40,000 nt of DNA, taken from Deltaproteobacteria bacterium (GTDB lineage: Bacteria > Desulfobacterota > Desulfobulbia > Desulfobulbales > Desulfocapsaceae). Made by a program: the position numbers and the translations under genes. Location of the stretch: assembly GCA_031441605.1 (NCBI GenBank), contig JANNQF010000062.1, forward strand, positions 157,287 through 197,286, given 5' to 3'. Of the stretch, positions 17,532-25,291 are shown piece after piece; within the stretch, counting starts at the first letter, position 1, and each line of letters opens with the position of its first letter. The notes below the pieces were generated by a model. That model saw only the letters and a program-made list of their open reading frames with translations. It did no database searches and was not told the DNA's origin.

Positions 17532-18233
17532 TTATACCCTGCTCAACAGATCTCTTTCCACCAGATTCAGGAAGTCTGTAGAGAAATTGGATACTTGTCC
17601 ATCAACGAGGTCGAGTTTATTAGAAAAGTAGTTGTAAAAAATAACAGCAGGGATAGCCACGGCAAGACCGGCGGCGGTGGCTATTAAGGCCTCCGAGATA
17701 CCCGGAGCGACGACGGCGAGCGATGCTGATCCGCGTTGTCCGATATCATGGAATGAGGCCATAATTCCCCAGACTGTGCCAAAAAGACCTATAAATGGAG
17801 TGGCGCTCCCCGTGGTTGCGAGAAAAGGCAGATTGCTGCCAAGTTGGCTCAGTTTTTGCGATTCTGCCTTTTTAACCGCACGTTTCAAATTATCCATAGT
17901 GGCGAGCTGCATTTCCAAAGTTTCGTTGCCTCGGCTATCATCTTTCCGATTACGAATTTTATTGATTTTTTGCAGTTCATTGAATCCAGCTATGAAAACT
18001 GAGGCCTGAGGGCTGTATGCATATTCTGCTGCAGCGGTATTGGCTTCATTAAGATTGGCTGAATTCCAAAAAGACTCCAGGAAATCTTCAGAGTCGAGGC
18101 GAACTTTCTTGAAAAGGCGAGCCTTCATTATGACAATAGTCCACGAAGCAAGGGAAAAAATGAGAAGGGTAAGCATGACCAGCTGGCCGACCGGGCCGGC
18201 ATGGGTAACCATATCGAGAATTGATAACTGCAC
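17532..18233 (-). CDS. tolQ: Tol-Pal system protein TolQ (MotA/TolQ/ExbB proton channel)
   Basis: MQLSILDMV....LVMLTLLIFSLASWTIVIMKARLF aligns with E. coli TolQ ([39 protein letters not shown]). The C-terminal LPFLATTGSATPFIGLFGTVWGIM...APGISEALIATAAGL is the family core. The start is GTG, with AGGA 7 nt upstream. Confidence 0.9.
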   Translation of the reverse strand: MQLSILDMVTHAGPVGQLVMLTLLIFSLASWTIVIMKARLFKKVRLDSEDFLESFWNSANLNEANTAAAEYAYSPQASVFIAGFNELQKINKIRNRKDDSRGNETLEMQLATMDNLKRAVKKAESQKLSQLGSNLPFLATTGSATPFIGLFGTVWGIMASFHDIGQRGSASLAVVAPGISEALIATAAGLAVAIPAVIFYNYFSNKLDLVDGQVSNFSTDFLNLVERDLLSRV

Positions 18234-18354
18234 GGAGAGATCCTTCTTTAATCAATGCAACCGCGCTGTTGAAGGCGGTCGTTCATGACCCGGTTTAACT
18301 CGGTTATTTGATGGCTTAAATGGTTGTTGCTGTGTAAACATTTTCAAAGCTGGT

Positions 18355-18382
18355 ATCTTACCTGCTTTTCTTAAAAATTCAA
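18355..18382 (-). promoter_or_regulatory. Candidate sigma70-type promoter for the tol operon
   Basis: On the minus strand: TTGAAT (18382-18377), a 16-nt spacer, then TAAGAT (18360-18355). It lies ~120 nt upstream of the tolQ GTG. This is a hexamer match only. Confidence 0.3.
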
Positions 18383-18445
18383 CCGGACAATGAGAACCTC
18401 TTGAATATTTGCCGGAGAGGGTTTTTATCGCTTAAAGAGATGAGA

Positions 18446-18889
18446 TCAGGGAGGGGGCTTTACCATGGCACAGACAAAATCGACTACGACTGCAATTTTT
18501 TCTGAAACCTTCAAGGTACCCTGGAAAAAACAGGCGTTTGCGAGAGTCTCGGTTAAAGTGACTTTAATTTGAACGGTATCTCCAGGAACAACCGGCTTTT
18601 TGAATTTAGCTCCGCCAATTCTCGTTATGACCGGGATTTTTGATTTTTCTTGTGAGAGAGTAAGACTTCTCTTGGCCATGAGGAGAGCACCGCTCTGAAA
18701 AATCGCTTCGCAGAGGATGACACCAGGCATGATAGGATTTCCAGGATAGTGACCATGGAAGATGTCCAGGTCTCGGGGAATATCCTTTTCTGTTATTATC
18801 CAACTTTCGGCACAGGCGATGATTCTGTCGACCCAAAGAAAGGGAGGGCGATGAGGAATAAGGGCAAATATTTCTTTGAGCTGCTGCAT
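18446..18889 (-). CDS. FabZ-family 3-hydroxyacyl-ACP dehydratase (hotdog fold), cluster-specific paralog
   Basis: IPHRPPFLWVDRI...FHGHYPGNPIMPGVILCEAIFQSGALLM matches the FabZ signature (LPHRYPFLLVDR...F.GHFP..P.MPGVL..EA.AQ). Both the catalytic His and the Glu are present. The start is 2 nt after the FabG-like stop. Confidence 0.85.
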   Translation of the reverse strand: MQQLKEIFALIPHRPPFLWVDRIIACAESWIITEKDIPRDLDIFHGHYPGNPIMPGVILCEAIFQSGALLMAKRSLTLSQEKSKIPVITRIGGAKFKKPVVPGDTVQIKVTLTETLANACFFQGTLKVSEKIAVVVDFVCAMVKPPP

Positions 18890-18891
18890 GA

Positions 18892-19632
18892 TTAGATGCC
18901 ACCGCTTACTTCAAGCACGGTCCCGCTGATATAGTCTGCTTTATTGCTCGCGAGAAAAAGCACGGCGTTGGCTACTTCATCAGGGGTTCCAAATCTTCGC
19001 ATGGGAACCATTTTTTTGTATTCGGCGAGCAGATGTTGATCAAGACTTGCAATAAAATCAGTAGATATAAAACCCGGAGAAACACAATTGACGGTGATAT
19101 TTTTTCTGGCAACCTCTTTTGCCAGGGTTTTAGTGAGGGCCAGCTGGCCGGCTTTTGATGCGGCATAATTAGCTTGACCTGAAAAGCCAAGGTGGGCAAC
19201 AGGTGAGGTTATGTTAATAATTTTTCCGTATTTGTGCCTCATCATCAACAAAACAGCTTGTTTGGCCATAAGGTAGGTGCCGGTGAGGTTGGTGTTCAGT
19301 ACATCTTGCCATTGATTGTAACTCATCATCGCAAGCATGGCATCTTTGCGAATACCGGCATTATTTACGAGGATATCAAGAGATTGATATTTTTCGTTAA
19401 TCCATGAGAACAAGGAGGCAACCTGTTGTTCGTCGGATACATTGCACTGCAGAAGTTCAAAGTAACCGGCAAAGTGACTATTTTCATCGGCAAAGACCCG
19501 TGCGGCGTCCTTGTTTCCAGCATACACACCGATAATATGGGCACCTGCTTCAAGAAAATGTCTGGCAATTGCTTTTCCAATTCCTCGTGTTGCGCCACTT
19601 ATGAGTACTACCCTGTCTTTGAATTCATTCAT
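18892..19632 (-). CDS. FabG-like 3-oxoacyl-ACP reductase (classical SDR)
   Basis: Carries GATRGIGKAIA (TGxxxGxG), NNAG, the catalytic Ser (ITSPVA) and YAASKAG (YxxxK). The C-terminal FLASNKADYISGTVLEVSGG is typical of FabG. The start is 9 nt after the upstream flavoprotein stop. Confidence 0.85.
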   Translation of the reverse strand: MNEFKDRVVLISGATRGIGKAIARHFLEAGAHIIGVYAGNKDAARVFADENSHFAGYFELLQCNVSDEQQVASLFSWINEKYQSLDILVNNAGIRKDAMLAMMSYNQWQDVLNTNLTGTYLMAKQAVLLMMRHKYGKIINITSPVAHLGFSGQANYAASKAGQLALTKTLAKEVARKNITVNCVSPGFISTDFIASLDQHLLAEYKKMVPMRRFGTPDEVANAVLFLASNKADYISGTVLEVSGGI

Positions 19633-19641
19633 GATGCACCT

Positions 19642-21045
19642 TCATGACCGCAGAAAACTATCGACATCATTAGATACGATAACTCCATAGTTGATAGCCC
19701 CTAGCCAACCGGACATGATAATTCCGACCGATCCCACATGGAACAATCCTGGGATTTCTTTAAAAATAGAACGAGAAATGTTCAATCCCTCAAATTTAGT
19801 CCCAAAAGATGTGCCCTTGGTGTGGAGAGTATAGCTGTTGAAAGTTCTTGGGGTTGCCGCTTCCATCCAATCAATTTTTTCTTTGACTCCGGGAATATAG
19901 CGTTGAAGATCGGTGAGAGTCCTGTCGATCAGAAACTGTTTTTCCTTCTGATAGCTGGTTTCTTCAAGGTACGCCCAGTCTTCATAACGGCTATTCATTG
20001 AGGCAACGATGGTGTATCGGTTTTGGTCAGGACGGGTCTTTGGGTAGTAAAGTGAAAAAGTCTTTGAGTTTGAATGCTTGTTGAGTAACTCCTCAGAGTC
20101 GAATTCAGGGGCGGAGGAGGTGAAAAGAAGGTCGCCGACATCATCGATTGTTTCCATCTCTTTGATGCCGAAATAAACCTGACAGCTTGAATTGTTGACC
20201 CTGATTTTATCTGCCTTTTCAAGAAAATCATCGGAATAGGCATCACGATCGGTAAGATTGCTGATCGTGTTGGTTATTCCGCTATTGGAAACTACCGCTT
20301 TTGCGGCGATGGTTTTACCTAATACCTCGACACCTCTAACCCGACCCTTTTCAATGATTATTTTATCTACTTTTGAATTGGTGCAGATTGTTACTCCGTT
20401 TTTCTCCAATTCCTCAGTCATAAGTCCAATCAGTTTGTCCGTGCCACCTTCAAAGGTATAAACACCTTTGTTCATAAAGTTTGAGAAAACAATACCATAA
20501 GTAATTGCAGGATCATCTAGGGTAGAGCCGTTGGCATAGGTTATCGGTTCCATGAGGAGTCGATGAACATCGGATCTCCCCGGGAAAAAATCGTTAAACA
20601 GATCCCTGGTAGTCATCGTCTGATCATCATAAAAATTCATGTTGGCGACCACCGTGAAGAATCGTTGAATAGTCTTTTCAGGAATCTTGAAGTGAGATTG
20701 GAGCAATCTGGTAAAATCTTCTTTGTCAAAGGTCGTGCGCAAGGAAAATTGTGGATTATCGAAGACAATATTCTTGAGTTGCACGATTGAACTCATTATT
20801 GTTTGGTTCCAATATTTTTTACAGGTTTTGAGCATGCCGTAGGGAAAACCGTGTAAGGAAACATCGAAAATATGGCCGCGACGTTTGAACCAGGTGGCGA
20901 GCCCACCAAGCCGGTGATGATACTCTAAAAGGAGAACTTTATGCCCGCAATAGGCCAGACGGTTGGCGGTAGTTAACCCGCCAAGTCCGGAACCAACGAC
21001 TATCACATCATATCGATCGGCAAGTTGAGAAAAGGAGACAGGCAT
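19642..21045 (-). CDS. FAD/NAD(P)-binding oxidoreductase, phytoene desaturase (CrtI)/amine-oxidase superfamily, copy 2
   Basis: The N-terminal dinucleotide fold is [42 protein letters not shown]. It is ~470 aa long, with a C-terminal ...[24 protein letters not shown] typical of COG1233-type enzymes. It is a paralog of the upstream gene. Confidence 0.75.
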   Translation of the reverse strand: MPVSFSQLADRYDVIVVGSGLGGLTTANRLAYCGHKVLLLEYHHRLGGLATWFKRRGHIFDVSLHGFPYGMLKTCKKYWNQTIMSSIVQLKNIVFDNPQFSLRTTFDKEDFTRLLQSHFKIPEKTIQRFFTVVANMNFYDDQTMTTRDLFNDFFPGRSDVHRLLMEPITYANGSTLDDPAITYGIVFSNFMNKGVYTFEGGTDKLIGLMTEELEKNGVTICTNSKVDKIIIEKGRVRGVEVLGKTIAAKAVVSNSGITNTISNLTDRDAYSDDFLEKADKIRVNNSSCQVYFGIKEMETIDDVGDLLFTSSAPEFDSEELLNKHSNSKTFSLYYPKTRPDQNRYTIVASMNSRYEDWAYLEETSYQKEKQFLIDRTLTDLQRYIPGVKEKIDWMEAATPRTFNSYTLHTKGTSFGTKFEGLNISRSIFKEIPGLFHVGSVGIIMSGWLGAINYGVIVSNDVDSFLRS

Positions 21046-21173
21046 AGGGTGGCAAATTGAGAGTTACGAATTATTTACAATTATTTAGATTCTTGCAGCT
21101 TAGATCTCAGAGAGTATCTCAGTTTGCAATGACGAATCCCAATACGCTTCAAGGCATCATACTCTGATGGGAA

Positions 21174-22592
21174 TTAGAGTTTAGGCAGGATGTGCTGATT
21201 GACGATCGAAACTCCGCTGAGCATGGACCCGATAATGCCCAAAAAACCTTGATCGGTACCGGCAAGAAAGAGATTAGGGTAGCCGATATTGCCATCTTTG
21301 ACCTTTTCCGGGCTGCCATAGATTGCTCCGTTTATCTTTGCGGTATAGCGCTCAATGGTAACGGGGGTGAAGGTGTTTTCATATACAATATTTGTCGCAA
21401 AACTGCCAACCAAATTCTCCAACATTTGTGCGGAGCGGCGGGAGGTATCGAGTTTTTGGCGGGAATATTGATCCGGTGTTACCGAAAGATGTTTCCATTT
21501 CTCATAGTTGGCCAAGTGGGTAGAACGAACCTCCGTTATATTCTTTCTGGGAAGGTTTTGAAAGTTTGCCGGAAAACAAAATACACCACTCCTGAAATCG
21601 GCGAAATCCTCAGGGTTTTTATAGGAAAACATCTTCCCGTCGTTAAAAAAAATAATGGTTTTATCTTCGGGGAGGTTAGGTGATGATTGTTGTAACTGGT
21701 ATATGGTTTCGACAAATCCCAGTCTCACGAGTTGAGTCGAAGACGATACTCCTGTGCTCGACATGAGCATAAGTGTTTCCTGGTGGCCGATGGTTGAGAG
21801 GATATGGTCACATTCCATTATCTCTCCGTCGTCGAGTTCCACTCCGATAACCTTATTCTGTCTGACAAGGATTTTCTTTACCGGGCAGCTTTTCCTCAGG
21901 CTTCCGCCCAATTCAAGGTAATGTGAGATTAAAAGATCAAGAAGATCTTTAACAGTGCCCTGGGGACGAAACATGCCTTCCAGGAAAATAGCTTTGAACA
22001 TTATGACAAACTGACTGAGATCCATGTCATCCTCACGGCTCGAACCATAAAACATGAGCGGACAGAGTATCATCTCAGCAAGGAGCGGAGCTTGGAGTGT
22101 TTCCTCAAGAAAATATCTGGCAGAGCGAAAGGGAGAAGGGAGGAAAGGGTTAAAATCCTTTATGGTCTGAAGCATTTTTTGAAATCTGACAGCAGCACGT
22201 GGAAATTTTTTTTGCACTTCTGAGTTTAACTGATCAATATCGTTAGAAAATGTCAATGACTCAAAATGGCGGAAAATAACCTCACTTTTCATCTGCTGAC
22301 AAAAGGAAAAATCATTTCGCCGCAGTTTCAACTGCCGGAGTAGCCTGTTTATTGGAGCTTGTTTGTCTCCGGGTTCGGCGTAGTTGGTGATAGCATGCAG
22401 ACCGGTCTCATAGAGAGTGTTGTTTCGATAAAAATATGAGTTGAGTCCGCCTAGTCGGGAGTGTTTTTCAACTAAAAGAACATCGGGGATGAACCGTGCT
22501 GCTCGAATGGCAGCGGCCAGTCCGGACAGACCGCCACCAATGACCAGAAGGGGGGTTCTCACAACATTAGGGACCGTTAAGAAATGGCCCAT
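21174..22592 (-). CDS. FAD/NAD(P)-binding oxidoreductase, phytoene desaturase (CrtI)/amine-oxidase superfamily, copy 1
   Basis: Carries PLLVIGGGLSGLAAAIRAARFIPDVLLVEKHSRLGGLNSYF (GxGxxG ... E ... RLGG) and the C-terminal ...YPNLFLAGTDQGFLGIIGSMLSG. The length and overall layout match the neighbouring paralog. Confidence 0.75.
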   Translation of the reverse strand: MGHFLTVPNVVRTPLLVIGGGLSGLAAAIRAARFIPDVLLVEKHSRLGGLNSYFYRNNTLYETGLHAITNYAEPGDKQAPINRLLRQLKLRRNDFSFCQQMKSEVIFRHFESLTFSNDIDQLNSEVQKKFPRAAVRFQKMLQTIKDFNPFLPSPFRSARYFLEETLQAPLLAEMILCPLMFYGSSREDDMDLSQFVIMFKAIFLEGMFRPQGTVKDLLDLLISHYLELGGSLRKSCPVKKILVRQNKVIGVELDDGEIMECDHILSTIGHQETLMLMSSTGVSSSTQLVRLGFVETIYQLQQSSPNLPEDKTIIFFNDGKMFSYKNPEDFADFRSGVFCFPANFQNLPRKNITEVRSTHLANYEKWKHLSVTPDQYSRQKLDTSRRSAQMLENLVGSFATNIVYENTFTPVTIERYTAKINGAIYGSPEKVKDGNIGYPNLFLAGTDQGFLGIIGSMLSGVSIVNQHILPKL

Positions 22593-22668
22593 ATTTTTTA
22601 TCCATTTCTTTACGGACCCTTATGCCGTTAATGAAATTGAAATGCATGATTTAATTTTGAACGACGGC

Positions 22669-22920
22669 TTAGGCGTCTTTTAACAAAGGTTGGAGGTAGC
22701 TTGCGCAACTGTTGAGTGTGGCGAGATGGGGATAATCTTCTTCGGGAATTTGAAGCTTGTGCCGCTTCCGCAGTTCCATTACGATATCAAGGAAATCCAT
22801 GGAATCGAGTTCCAGTTGATCACGTAACGGCTTGTCGGGGTCGAGACTTTCGAAGTCTGCCTCATCGTCTATGTCTTTTATGATTTCCAGAATCAGATTT
22901 TTTATATCTTCACTTGTCAT
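22669..22920 (-). CDS. Acyl carrier protein (stand-alone phosphopantetheine-binding protein, non-AcpP type)
   Basis: An 83-aa acidic helical protein with the attachment motif LELDSMDFLDIVMEL (DSxD/FxxxV, Ser as the phosphopantetheine site). A GGAGAG RBS is present. Confidence 0.8.
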   Translation of the reverse strand: MTSEDIKNLILEIIKDIDDEADFESLDPDKPLRDQLELDSMDFLDIVMELRKRHKLQIPEEDYPHLATLNSCASYLQPLLKDA

Positions 22921-23077
22921 GAAACTCTCCGGATGTGACGGCTGATAGAAAAAAAATTCAAATTATTAATATCCCTCTGATGGCAGGGAGTATTCATTTG
23001 AGCATTGGCAAAACACTTCCTATAACATACCAAAGCAATCTTGTTGATACTTATTTGTAGTAATAAATTAAAAAAAC

Positions 23078-24313
23078 TTAGCCCACGTATTTTTTCACAA
23101 TGACCGTCGAATTAATACCGACCATGCCAAAGGAGTTGTTTAAAAGTATATCAATGGGTTGAGCTTGTATGGCCTCGTTGATCACCAGATTGTTGACTGC
23201 ACATTCAGGGTCGAGATTTTCAATATTAATTGTCGGGTGGACAATTCCATCGGTAAAAGACGGTAAATTGCCGGCCAGTTCAAGAACGCCGGCCGCGCCC
23301 ATCGCATGTCCGATGATGCTTTTTGTATTATTGACATACGTTGATGGACAATCACTGAAAACCTCCGCAATAGCCTTACACTCTTCGATATCGCCCTGCT
23401 TGGTGCCCGTTGCGTGGGTATTGATCAGATGGACATCTGCTGGTTGGAGATGCGCACGATGCAGGGCAAGACGCATGCATTCAGCCTGTCGCTTGCCATA
23501 AGGCAGGACAAAATCCTTGGCATCGGAGTTCATGGCATAACCGACGATTTCGCCGTAGATATGGGCTCCCCGGGCAACAGCCTTCTCCAGGTGCTCCATG
23601 ACATACACACAGCCACCCTCAGAGATAACAATACCGTTTCTGTCACGATCGAAGGGCCTGGAGGCTTTTCTCGGATCACTCGCTTCACCGAGGGCACCTT
23701 GGGCTTTGAAACTGGCAAAGATGCCGAAAGAACCAACAGATTCTGAAATTCCACCGGCTAACGCCATGTCGACTTCATCTAACTTCAACATCTGAACGGC
23801 TTGAATAAGGGAAGCGTTGCCTGCGGCACAGGCAGCACCGATAACGTAGTGCGGCCCGGTTATCCCGAGATTCATGGTAATTTCGCCGGCCGGGTTATTG
23901 AGAACGGTTCGAGGATTGTGATGATGCGTCCAATAATTAACATCGTACTGGTACTTGCTGATATTGTAGACCTCATTTTCAGTCTCAACTGTGCCATGTT
24001 CGGTTAAGCCAATGTATACACCGATTCGTGAAGGATCGTAATCGTGGATATCGAGTTTGCCATCCCTTAGTGCCTCGTTGGCACAATAAACTCCAAGGCA
24101 TCCTGCACGAGTTCCTTTTTTATTTTCCTTTTTCTTGCGATAAAGAGTTTCGGGAAAGGTACATATACCTGCCGGAGCCTTGCCGAAATAGCGGAGTTCG
24201 ATCTCCCGAATTTCACTTACACCATTTATGAGTTTTTGCCTAAATTCCAGGAGATTGGAAGCATTGGGTGCGGCTAGCCCGATCCCGGTTATGACTATTC
24301 TGCTGTTTTGCAT
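23078..24313 (-). CDS. Beta-ketoacyl-ACP synthase, FabB/FabF-like (elongating KAS, Cys-His-His triad)
   Basis: Begins RIVITGIGLAAPN. The active-site Cys is in GPHYVIGAACAAGNASL, the first His in LINTHATGT and the second His in KSIIGHAMGAAG. It is 411 aa. Confidence 0.9.
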   Translation of the reverse strand: MQNSRIVITGIGLAAPNASNLLEFRQKLINGVSEIREIELRYFGKAPAGICTFPETLYRKKKENKKGTRAGCLGVYCANEALRDGKLDIHDYDPSRIGVYIGLTEHGTVETENEVYNISKYQYDVNYWTHHHNPRTVLNNPAGEITMNLGITGPHYVIGAACAAGNASLIQAVQMLKLDEVDMALAGGISESVGSFGIFASFKAQGALGEASDPRKASRPFDRDRNGIVISEGGCVYVMEHLEKAVARGAHIYGEIVGYAMNSDAKDFVLPYGKRQAECMRLALHRAHLQPADVHLINTHATGTKQGDIEECKAIAEVFSDCPSTYVNNTKSIIGHAMGAAGVLELAGNLPSFTDGIVHPTINIENLDPECAVNNLVINEAIQAQPIDILLNNSFGMVGINSTVIVKKYVG

Positions 24314-24491
24314 GGGAGATGTTGTTTCCTCGGGGGTGATTAAAGAAATCTTATGTTGCCGATGGCCTCAGATCTCAAATGGCATAAATTGAGCTATTTT
24401 CAAATAATACATGGAGATAATATTCGTTTGAATATTTAGAGTAATTTGCCCAAAAACTCAATCATTATGCAGCCAATATCTGATATTATTG

Positions 24492-25253
24492 CTAATACAT
24501 GAACTTAGGTCTCTTCCGATGACTGGTTCTTCCGGCGAGCATACCAAATAAGAAAACTGCAGCACCGGCTGCAAACCATAAAAATCGAGTTTGGTCCTCT
24601 TTCTGGGATATGGTCTTTTGAAGCTCCGAAATCTGCTTGCCTCGTTTATCGTACTCTGAGATGAGCAATGCAAAATTTTCGGGAGTTTGTTCCAACTGGT
24701 CGGTCGACACGGGGTTCTCGTCAACCAAAGATTCAGAAATTTTAGATGAAGGTTCTGACGGTTGATGCTGTTGCGCTTTAAGCTCTTCCTGCAGCCGGGC
24801 AATGATTTTTTCGGCATCGCTCAGCTTGAGCTGGATCTCCTGGCAAGAGAGGTCACTGGAGAGTTTGTCCCCTTTTGCTATATCAGGAGTAGTAGCGGCT
24901 GGTAAGGTGAGCTGAGCTTTAAGGTCGGAGACTTCTTCTTTGAGCTGGTTTATTACAAGTGTTTTAGGGATCTCGTTTTTCAGATAATGTTTACCAATCC
25001 AACCCTGCTTACCTTCGGCGGTCACAATTTTAAGGAAATTACCACTCTCTTCGACAATTTGGACAGGATCGTCGGATTGGACAGTTGCTACAACTTCATA
25101 GGGTTTTTCAAGGCGATCTTTAATGTTGATGACAAGGAGATCAGAGATGTAACGAACATTATTTTGATCAGAACGTGAGGCAGCAAATTGGGGAAACATT
25201 TGTAGCACACTGAATAGGATGCAAAATAACGAGATGCTATGTGTTTTGAACAT
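24492..25253 (-). CDS. SH3 domain membrane protein, YgiM/TIGR04211-like (signal peptide, SH3, coiled coil, C-terminal TM anchor)
   Basis: The signal peptide is MFKTHSISLFCILFSVLQMF..A. An SH3b-like segment follows (VRYISDLLVINIKDRLEKPYEVVATVQSDDPVQIVEESGNFLKIVTAEGKQGWIGKHYL). Then come a long coiled coil and a C-terminal helix FLWFAAGAAVFLFGMLAG followed by basic residues. Confidence 0.75.
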   Translation of the reverse strand: MFKTHSISLFCILFSVLQMFPQFAASRSDQNNVRYISDLLVINIKDRLEKPYEVVATVQSDDPVQIVEESGNFLKIVTAEGKQGWIGKHYLKNEIPKTLVINQLKEEVSDLKAQLTLPAATTPDIAKGDKLSSDLSCQEIQLKLSDAEKIIARLQEELKAQQHQPSEPSSKISESLVDENPVSTDQLEQTPENFALLISEYDKRGKQISELQKTISQKEDQTRFLWFAAGAAVFLFGMLAGRTSHRKRPKFMY

Positions 25254-25276
25254 ATTTTTTCTCCAGCTGTTACTGT

Positions 25277-25291
25277 TGGCGTGCAGTGTGC
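25277..25291. promoter_or_regulatory. Sigma54-like -24/-12 element, readable on both strands
   Basis: On the plus strand TGGCGTG-CAGT-GTGCC compares with the consensus TGGCACG-N4-TTGCW (GG and GC at the correct spacing). Its reverse complement, GGCACACTGCACGCC, also gives GGCAC...GC. It lies between the divergent SH3 gene and the HEAT-PilZ gene. Motif match only. Confidence 0.25.

Noticed and set aside
18446-18889. Hotdog-fold gene upstream of tolQ read as the usual YbgC thioesterase
   Set aside because: The motifs HRPPFLWVD and GHYPGNPIMPGV..CEA are FabZ dehydratase signatures, not 4HBT/YbgC thioesterase ones. The gene is also packed 2 nt from fabG, not against tolQ.
24458-24817. 119-aa alternative-frame ORF overlapping the 3' half of the SH3-domain gene on the same strand
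   Set aside because: The 253-aa frame has a coherent signal peptide, SH3, coiled coil and TM anchor. The alternative frame is basic, low complexity, without a start context.
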